64,000 nt of DNA from Planctomycetota bacterium (GTDB lineage: Bacteria > Planctomycetota > UBA1135 > UBA2386), in contig JBKAGP010000001.1 in the NCBI GenBank assembly GCA_046290465.1, positions 4,672,001 through 4,736,000 on the forward strand, given 5' to 3'. Below are positions 57,484-64,000 of this stretch, in pieces. Below the pieces are notes generated by a model. That model was not told where the DNA came from and did not search any database. It saw only the letters and a list, made by a program, of their open reading frames with translations. The position numbers were made by a program, and so were the translations under genes. The first letter of the stretch is position 1, and each line of letters starts with the position of its first letter.

Positions 57484-57726
57484 CTATCCGGGCAGCTGCG
57501 CGTGGGCGCCGTCGCAGAACGGGCCGTTCTTGCTGTGCTTGCAGCCGCACCAGGCGACCTTCTTCGCCTCGGTGAGCTCCTCGACGATCGGCACCATGCC
57601 GGTGCCCTTGTGCTGGCCGTCGCAGAACGGCTGGTTGCTGCTCTTGCCGCACGAGCACCAGGCGTACTTGCCCGGCTGGCAGTCCATCACGAACGGAGCA
57701 CGCTGCGGGACGTCGGGTTCGGTCAT
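57484..57726 (-). CDS. CDGSH iron-sulfur domain protein (two motifs)
   Basis: WCSCGKS.NQPFCDGQH and WCGCKHS.NGPFCDGAH; AGGAGG RBS. Confidence 0.92.
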   Translation of the reverse strand: MTEPDVPQRAPFVMDCQPGKYAWCSCGKSSNQPFCDGQHKGTGMVPIVEELTEAKKVAWCGCKHSKNGPFCDGAHAQLPG

Positions 57727-57735
57727 GGTCGCCTC

Positions 57736-57996
57736 CTAGTCCTGTTGCCCGTCCTTCATGTCGGCGATCAGCTGGCGCTTCTCGTCGTCGCTCTTCTTCT
57801 CCCACTTGCGCGCACAGCTGGCGCAGCAGAAGTAGACGGTCTCGCCGTCGAACTCGGCCGAGCGGCTGTCGCCGTAGACCGGCTCGCCCGGCATCATCAC
57901 GCAGGTCTGGTCGGCGAGTCGTTCGCCGGTTGCCGCGCAGCCGCACAGCAGGAACGCGCCGAGCACGGGCGCGACGAGACGCTTGAGGTGGATCAT
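57736..57996 (-). CDS. YHS/TRASH-like domain lipoprotein
   Basis: Lipobox LCGC; C.MM...V...DGETVYFCCASC. Confidence 0.75.
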   Translation of the reverse strand: MIHLKRLVAPVLGAFLLCGCAATGERLADQTCVMMPGEPVYGDSRSAEFDGETVYFCCASCARKWEKKSDDEKRQLIADMKDGQQD

Positions 57997-58174
57997 GTGC
58001 GGATTGTCGAATCGGCCTGTTGGATCCGCCAGCCAGAATGCCACCCCCGACGGATTCGCTGGCCCGGCGCAATGCCGGCAAGGGCCGCGGCCCCCGGCCG
58101 CTCGGCGCTGCCCGCAGGCAAGGGGAGCAAACTGTCGGTGGCGCCGAACCACCGGCGGTGCTCCACTACCGCGC

Positions 58175-58504
58175 ATGGAACTTTCGCCCTCCGAGCGCCT
58201 GAACCTGATGAAGTTCGTGTGCTCGTTCGCGTGGACCGACCTCGTCGTGTCGCAGTCCGAACGGGACCTCGTCATGCGCATGTGCGGCAGCCTCAAGCTG
58301 ACCGAGGACGAGACCGCCAAGGTCAAGCAGTGGCTCGATCTGCCGCCGCCGATCGAGGAGGTCGATCCGACCGCCGTGCCGCGTGAGCACCGTCAGATGT
58401 TCCTGACGACGCTCGAGATGGTGGTCAAGGCCGACGGCAAGATCGTGCCGGCCGAGTCGGAGTCGCTGCAGTTGTTCAAGGACCTGATGTCCGGCGGCGA
58501 GTAG
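58175..58504 (+). CDS. TerB family protein
   Basis: AWTD...SE and KADG.I...E repeats. Confidence 0.8.
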   Translation: MELSPSERLNLMKFVCSFAWTDLVVSQSERDLVMRMCGSLKLTEDETAKVKQWLDLPPPIEEVDPTAVPREHRQMFLTTLEMVVKADGKIVPAESESLQLFKDLMSGGE

Positions 58505-58522
58505 CCGCGACGGACCGCCGCT

Positions 58523-60226
58523 TCAGAAGTCGCGGCGGTAGCGGTCCCACATCCGTTCGCAGAACGGGCTGTAGCCGCGCATCCAGTGGCCCTGCTGCTC
58601 GACCTGCATGTAGCGGTCGACGTAGTCGAACAGCGGCGCATGGTCCCACGCCTCGCGCATGCCGAGGATGCGCGCCGCCAGCACGAAGCCGTGCCAGACG
58701 TTGGCGGTGCAGCAGCGTCGGTAGGGATCGGCGGTCCACGCCTTGCGGTCGAGGCTCGGGTCGTCGGCGTGGCGGTTGCCCCATTCGGGCAGGCCCAGGT
58801 CGTCGCTGCCGTAGCCGCCGTGGCCGCCGTTGACCACGCCGGGCGAGGTCCGCTCGACGTAGAACGTCTGCGCATCCTCGCCGAACGCGAACTTGCGTTC
58901 GGCCGCGAGCTTCAGCATGTGCTCGTCGTCGAGCACGGTGCCGGCGAGCATCAGCGGAAACTTGCGGCCGCTGCCGCTGCCGCCGTCGGCGACGAAGCGG
59001 CCGCCGTTGTCGACGATGCCGTAGACGTCGATGCCGACCTGCACCATCGCGATCAGCAGTGCGCGCTTGTCGTCGGACGGCAGTTCGAGGTGCAGCGCCA
59101 GCGCGCCGGTGCTGACCAGGTCGGCGATGTCGCGACCGTAGTCGGGCATGTTCTCGCGCGGGTGCAGGTAGCGGCCGGTGAAGCCCGGCAGGTGGTCGAG
59201 CCAGGTCTGCTCGAAGCGTGCCACCAGTTCGCCGATCGACGGCGCGCCGGGGACCGGTTCGAGTCGCGCGAAGCGGGTCAGGTCGAGGGCGTCCGCGGAC
59301 CAGCGCGCGCGCTTGTCGGTGCCGCAGTACGGCGGCCGGAACGCGTCGGCCGACGGCGGCTCGTCGACCACCGTCAGCACGGCGCAGCGGTCCAGCTGCG
59401 GCAGCTGTCCGGCGGTGGGATGGCTGACCGTCGACACCAGCGACGATCCGGGCCGCAGCGACAGCGGCTGCTGGCGCGAGACGCCGAGCGCGGCGTTGGC
59501 GGCGTCGCTGTAGCGGCCACCGGCGCCGTCGCCGAACATCGCGTTGTCGTAGCCCTGCGTCAGCGCGGCGGGCGACGGGTTGACCATCGAGCCGTGGCGC
59601 ACCCGGCTGCCGTCGCGCAGGCTCTCCGGCTTGATCGCGACCACGTCCACGGGCCCGACGACCCACCAGTCGCCGTTGACGTAGCGGCCGCAGCGCGCCG
59701 GCCTGGCGAACGTCCACGAGATGCCGTTGCGGTCGAGGCCGCCGAAGTGTCCGGGGCGCGCTTCGATGCCGGGCTGCGGCCGGACGGCGGCCGTGCGGTC
59801 GACGGTCTCACCGACCACGACGCCGTCGCTGCTGGCGACCGCGCTGCGGTTGCCGGCGACGTCGCGGGCGCGCACGTTGACATGCAGCATGACGCCGATC
59901 GGCAGCTGGATGTCGCCGATCGCGGCGCGCTGGGCGCCGGCGGCCTCGCGCCAGTCGAGCACGTCGGTCGCGCCCGGCTGCGTGCCGACGCTCCACTCGT
60001 AGACGACCGGTTGGCCTTCCGGGTCGACGAACGCGTCCCAGTTGGCGAACAGCGACGTGCGTCGCTGCTGCGTGTCCACGTCGGGACCGAGGCCGTCGCG
60101 AACCTGGGCAGTCTGGGGCGGGCTGTTCTGGTTCGCGACAGGAGCCGGCGGCGCGCTGCACGCGGCGGCCAGCAGCAGCGCGCAGCAGGCGGTGGCAGCG
60201 GTGCTCGTTTCCCGGGTGGAGCTCAT
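58523..60226 (-). CDS. Lipoprotein with FN3-like N-terminal domain and uncharacterised C-terminal domain
   Basis: Lipobox LAAAC; W..F.DPE...YEWSVGT..G...VRA..AG; GISWTF...NGDWWVVGPV. Confidence 0.75.
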   Translation of the reverse strand: MSSTRETSTAATACCALLLAAACSAPPAPVANQNSPPQTAQVRDGLGPDVDTQQRRTSLFANWDAFVDPEGQPVVYEWSVGTQPGATDVLDWREAAGAQRAAIGDIQLPIGVMLHVNVRARDVAGNRSAVASSDGVVVGETVDRTAAVRPQPGIEARPGHFGGLDRNGISWTFARPARCGRYVNGDWWVVGPVDVVAIKPESLRDGSRVRHGSMVNPSPAALTQGYDNAMFGDGAGGRYSDAANAALGVSRQQPLSLRPGSSLVSTVSHPTAGQLPQLDRCAVLTVVDEPPSADAFRPPYCGTDKRARWSADALDLTRFARLEPVPGAPSIGELVARFEQTWLDHLPGFTGRYLHPRENMPDYGRDIADLVSTGALALHLELPSDDKRALLIAMVQVGIDVYGIVDNGGRFVADGGSGSGRKFPLMLAGTVLDDEHMLKLAAERKFAFGEDAQTFYVERTSPGVVNGGHGGYGSDDLGLPEWGNRHADDPSLDRKAWTADPYRRCCTANVWHGFVLAARILGMREAWDHAPLFDYVDRYMQVEQQGHWMRGYSPFCERMWDRYRRDF

Positions 60227-60360
60227 CGCCAGGAACGCTACCGAGCGGCCGCGGCGGTTTCTCGTGCGCGCCGGAGCCGGGGGTCAGTTCGGGCTGCCCG
60301 AATGTCGAAAGAACCACGGATCCGCACCCTTCATGCCGTGCCAACGGGGCGTGGTGTAGG

Positions 60361-62037
60361 ATGCCGCCGGCCGACGAGACGCCGACCGACATGACGAAGA
60401 ACCTCTCCGAAGAGATGCAGCGCAACGCTCGCCAGGCGCTGGCCGGACTCCAGCCCGTCGAACAGGGCGAGGAGGTCGGCGGCCTGCCGGTGAGCAAGCT
60501 GCTCAGCGCCTTCTTCCGCGCACGCTACCTGGTGATCGGGACCACGCTGTTCGGCGTGCTGATCGGCACGTTCATGGCGATCACGACGCCCAACAGCTAC
60601 ATCAGCACGGGCAAATTCCTGTTCACCTCTTCGGGCGCCGAGAGCCGCGTGCTCGACCCGACGCAGGCGAAGGAGACCAGCCAGGAGACGATCGCGACCG
60701 GCGCGGCCTACATCCTCAACTCCGACGACCTGCTGATGCGCGTCGTCGAGCGGCTGACTCCGGAACGCATCCTGCAGCCCTACCAGCCGAGCGGCACCGG
60801 CGAGAACGCGGCCAAGGACCTGTTCTTCAAGATCCAGCGCGACTGGAACGCCGTCGACGAGGCCAACATGTCGACGGAGGAGGCGTTGAAGCGGCTCCAG
60901 AAGACGATCTTCGTCGAGCGCCCGCGCTTCACCGACGTGCTGATCGCGACCTGCGCGGCCAACAACAACGAACTCGCTCGCGACATCCTTGCCGCCTACA
61001 TGGACGAGGCGGTCAAGTGGCACATCGAGAAGTACGACGACCAGAAGGCGTACGAGGCCGCGAAGGAGGCGTACGAGCAGTCGGTGACGGACCTGCAGGG
61101 CGTGCAGCGCTCGATGCGCGACTTCCTCGACCGCAAGGCGCAGGTGCCGTCGTTCGACGAGCACATGCGGGCGGTCGTGCTGGCCGAGACCGAGGCGAAG
61201 ACGCGCCTGGACAGCCGCAACGACGACCTCGTGATCAAGCGTGAGCAGAAGAAGCGCACCGACGCGCAGCTCGCCGATCCGGAGCAGCTGCCGCCGACCA
61301 AGACGCGCAAGGTTCGTCAGAGTCTGCAGAGCGAGACCGGTGCCGAACTGCGGGGCAAGCTCGCCGACGCGATGGTCGAGCTGAGCCGGCTGAAGCGCCA
61401 GTTCGTCAATCCGGAGGCGCTGGAGATCAAGGCGCAGGAGAGCAAGATCGAGGACATCCGCGGCGCCATCAAGGCGCTGTCCGGCACCGGCGACGAGTCG
61501 ACGCTGGTCGAGGAGGTCTACGACAACCCGCAGTACCTCGCGGCCGTCGAGGACGCGGACCAGCTGCGACGCGACATCTGGGAGCTCGAGGCGCAGGTCA
61601 AGCAGGCCAAGTCGCTGCACGACGACAAGGCCAAGGAGCTGAAGCGTCTGGTCGACCTCGAGCCCGAGTACGAGACGCTGCGCGCAGCGCTGCTGCGGGC
61701 CGAGGACGCCAAGAAGACCTCGGCGCTCAACTGGGAGCTCGCGCAGCAGAAGCGCACGCTCGGCATCGGCAACTTCAGCTCGCTGAAGCCGATCCAGGCG
61801 GCGTCGCTGCCACTCGAGAAGGAAGGCCCCAACCGCGGCAAGCTGCTGATGGGCGGCCTGTTCGTCGGCCTGTTCCTCGGCCTCGGCCTGGTGGTGCTGC
61901 GTGCGCTGCCCGACCGCGTCGTGCGCACGCGCGACGACCTGGAAGAGATCGAGGGGCTGTCGGTGATCGGCGTGATGCCGCGCCTCGACCGGACGAACCT
62001 GCGTCGCCACATGGCGAGGCGCGAACAGGGCTGGTAG
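60361..62037 (+). CDS. Polysaccharide co-polymerase (Wzz/GumC/Wzc periplasmic part)
   Basis: Two TMs flanking a long coiled coil; P...GP...GLFLGLG C-terminal TM. Confidence 0.85.
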   Translation: MPPADETPTDMTKNLSEEMQRNARQALAGLQPVEQGEEVGGLPVSKLLSAFFRARYLVIGTTLFGVLIGTFMAITTPNSYISTGKFLFTSSGAESRVLDPTQAKETSQETIATGAAYILNSDDLLMRVVERLTPERILQPYQPSGTGENAAKDLFFKIQRDWNAVDEANMSTEEALKRLQKTIFVERPRFTDVLIATCAANNNELARDILAAYMDEAVKWHIEKYDDQKAYEAAKEAYEQSVTDLQGVQRSMRDFLDRKAQVPSFDEHMRAVVLAETEAKTRLDSRNDDLVIKREQKKRTDAQLADPEQLPPTKTRKVRQSLQSETGAELRGKLADAMVELSRLKRQFVNPEALEIKAQESKIEDIRGAIKALSGTGDESTLVEEVYDNPQYLAAVEDADQLRRDIWELEAQVKQAKSLHDDKAKELKRLVDLEPEYETLRAALLRAEDAKKTSALNWELAQQKRTLGIGNFSSLKPIQAASLPLEKEGPNRGKLLMGGLFVGLFLGLGLVVLRALPDRVVRTRDDLEEIEGLSVIGVMPRLDRTNLRRHMARREQGW

Positions 62038-62049
62038 CGGGAGGATTCG

Positions 62050-62715
62050 ATGCGCAACCTGATCAAGAAGGCCGACTCGAAGAGCCGCCGTGCCGACGTC
62101 ATCGCGACCGAGCTCGGCTACCTGTGGTCCAACCTGCTGCAGCGCGGCGCGGGCGACTCGCACCGTTCGATCGGCTTCGTCGCGATCGGCGACGACGAGG
62201 GCTCCAACACGCTCGCGGCCAACATGGCGCTGTTCCTCGGCAGCAAGGGGCTGCAGGTCGCGCTGGTCGAGGCGTCGCTGCGCAGCCGCGCGCTGGCCTC
62301 GGTGTTCGACGCGACGCCGATGCCGGGCCTCGCCGAGGTGCTGACCGGCCAGGGCGTGATGCGCGATGCGCTGCGCCAGGAGGTCGCCGCCGGCGTCGAC
62401 CTGCTGCCGGCGGGCGAGACGCCCGACCCGTTCTGGGCGTTCACCGGCGACAACCTGCGCAACATCCTCAAGGAGGCGCTCGAGGGCCGGGACCTGTGCC
62501 TGGTCGACGTGCCGCCGCTCAACCGCGCGCCGGAGGCGAGCTTCGTGGTGCGGTCGCTCGACGCGATCGTGCTCGTGGTCGAGGCGAACCGCCACGGTCG
62601 CGAGGTCGTGCAGCGCAACCTCAAGATGCTGCGTTCGCTCGGCACGCCGGTGCTCGGCTCGGTCGTCAACGAGCTGGTGCACGAGGTGCCGACGCTGGTC
62701 AACAAGATGGTCTGA
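62050..62715 (+). CDS. CpsD/CapB BY-kinase-like protein with degenerate Walker A
   Basis: GDDEGSNT, VEASLR, LLPAG, VDVPP, G.V.N; directly follows the co-polymerase. Confidence 0.8.
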   Translation: MRNLIKKADSKSRRADVIATELGYLWSNLLQRGAGDSHRSIGFVAIGDDEGSNTLAANMALFLGSKGLQVALVEASLRSRALASVFDATPMPGLAEVLTGQGVMRDALRQEVAAGVDLLPAGETPDPFWAFTGDNLRNILKEALEGRDLCLVDVPPLNRAPEASFVVRSLDAIVLVVEANRHGREVVQRNLKMLRSLGTPVLGSVVNELVHEVPTLVNKMV

Positions 62716-62773
62716 GGGCGGTTGCCTGAGGCGCGGTTGGTTTGCGGCCCGCGTGGGCGTTACAAAGCCCCCC

Positions 62774-64000
62774 GTGAGCAGACCCGAACCCGCCCTCGCG
62801 ATCGACGCCAGCGAGTGGTTCGTCGACGAAGCGTGGCGGGAGCACGTGGCGCGACGACACTGGCGTCGCCTGCCGGCGCGCGCCGACGTGGCGTTGCGGC
62901 TGGCGTTCGCGAAGCTCGAACAGCTGGGCGCGAAGGCGACGTTCTTCGTGCCGGCGAGCATCGCGGACCGCGCCTCGGAGCTGCTGGCGGAGATCCTCCA
63001 GGCCGGCCACGAGGTCGGGCTGTCGGTGCGCACGCCGGTGCCGCTCGACGAGGTCGCCGAACGGGATCGAGAGGCCTACCGACGTGCCTGGCACGAGGAG
63101 CGCTGTGTGCTCGAGGCGACGCTCGGCCAGGGGGTGCACGGCTTCGCCGCGGCGTGGTCGGTGGCCGAGCGCAAGGGCGACGGCTGGTGGCACCCGGTGC
63201 TGCGCGAGCTGGGCTTTGCCTACGACGCGACGCCGGTGCGCGAACCGGAGGCGTTGGCGAGGGCACTCGACGGCAGCGTGCTCGAACTCGAACGGTTCGC
63301 CGCGTGGCAGCTCGACGACGAGCAGCCGCGCCTGATGGGCCTGCCGCAGGACGTGCGCGAGGCGCACAACCAGCGCCTGCTCGGCGCCGCCGAACGGCTG
63401 GCGCAGAAGGCGGGCGTCGCGAAGACGGCGATCGCCGAGCGCATGGGGCTCGCAACGCGGCCGGTCGGTCCGCTGCCGGAGCGGGCGCCGTCCGGCGGGG
63501 ACCAGGGCTGCCGGATCGCCCCGGACGTGCCGCGGCTCGCGGTGATCGTGCCGCTCAAGGACGAGGCCGAGGGCGTGCCGTCGCTGTTCGTCGAGCTCGA
63601 GGTGCTGTCGCGCGCGATCGCCGACGTCGCCGACTGCGAGTTCGTATTGGTCGACGACGGCAGCACCGACCAGACCTGGCCGCTGCTCGAACGGCTGGCG
63701 CGCAACCGGCGGCGCGTGCGGCTGGTCCGTCACGACGTCAACCGCGGCGTCGCCGCCGCGATCCGCACTGGCATGCAGGCGACCGAGGCCGAGCTGGTCG
63801 CGTCGATCGACGGCGACCTGTCGTACGACCCGATGGAGCTGCGCCACATGGTGCCGATGATCGATTCCGCCGACGTGGTCACGTCGTCGCCGTACCACCC
63901 GGACGGCAGCGTGCGCAACGTGCCGGACTGGCGCCTGTTCCTGTCGCGCACGCTGTCGCGCGCCTACCGGATCCTGCTCGGCAGCAAGGTGCGCACGTGG
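62774..64000 (+). CDS. Fusion of degenerate polysaccharide deacetylase domain and GT2 glycosyltransferase (runs off window end)
   Basis: Manually translated stop-free frame from GTG 62774: KATFF, GHEV, GFAYD, then VIVPLKDE, VDDGSTD, NRG, IDGDLSYDP; absent from the ORF track. Confidence 0.82.
   Translation, partial: MSRPEPALAIDASEWFVDEAWREHVARRHWRRLPARADVALRLAFAKLEQLGAKATFFVPASIADRASELLAEILQAGHEVGLSVRTPVPLDEVAERDREAYRRAWHEERCVLEATLGQGVHGFAAAWSVAERKGDGWWHPVLRELGFAYDATPVREPEALARALDGSVLELERFAAWQLDDEQPRLMGLPQDVREAHNQRLLGAAERLAQKAGVAKTAIAERMGLATRPVGPLPERAPSGGDQGCRIAPDVPRLAVIVPLKDEAEGVPSLFVELEVLSRAIADVADCEFVLVDDGSTDQTWPLLERLARNRRRVRLVRHDVNRGVAAAIRTGMQATEAELVASIDGDLSYDPMELRHMVPMIDSADVVTSSPYHPDGSVRNVPDWRLFLSRTLSRAYRILLGSKVRTW

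Overview
Very GC-rich bacterial chromosomal window. The gene content (ECF sigma factor with a huge C-terminal extension, sulfatase, NESAAI-type pilin-like proteins, planctomycete-style secretin-like repeats) suggests Planctomycetota, possibly an OM190/UBA1135-like lineage; this is inference. About 55 credible CDS are present: housekeeping genes (pyrK fragment, rpmG, sbcDC, TrmJ-like), an RND pump, a two-component system, an acyl-CoA beta-oxidation module, orphan motAB, many secreted hypothetical proteins and the start of an exopolysaccharide locus. No rRNA, tRNA, CRISPR array, integrase or transposase was recognised. Best candidate for an undescribed system: a compositionally atypical, translationally coupled two-gene unit at 13094-17286. 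It encodes a ~1055-aa protein with apparent tandem Lrp/AsnC(RAM)-like repeats and a SIR2-family NADase-like protein, and is a putative sensor/effector defence system. Other notable signals: an 83-bp CTAG-bounded BIME/REP-like repeat family sitting on TAG stop codons; a shared C-terminal domain on three unrelated secreted proteins; two adjacent apparent pseudo-enzymes in the EPS locus; a paralogous pair of small Cys-rich secreted proteins; and a MotB with a degenerate peptidoglycan-binding domain. All calls come from reading motifs by eye; no searches were run.
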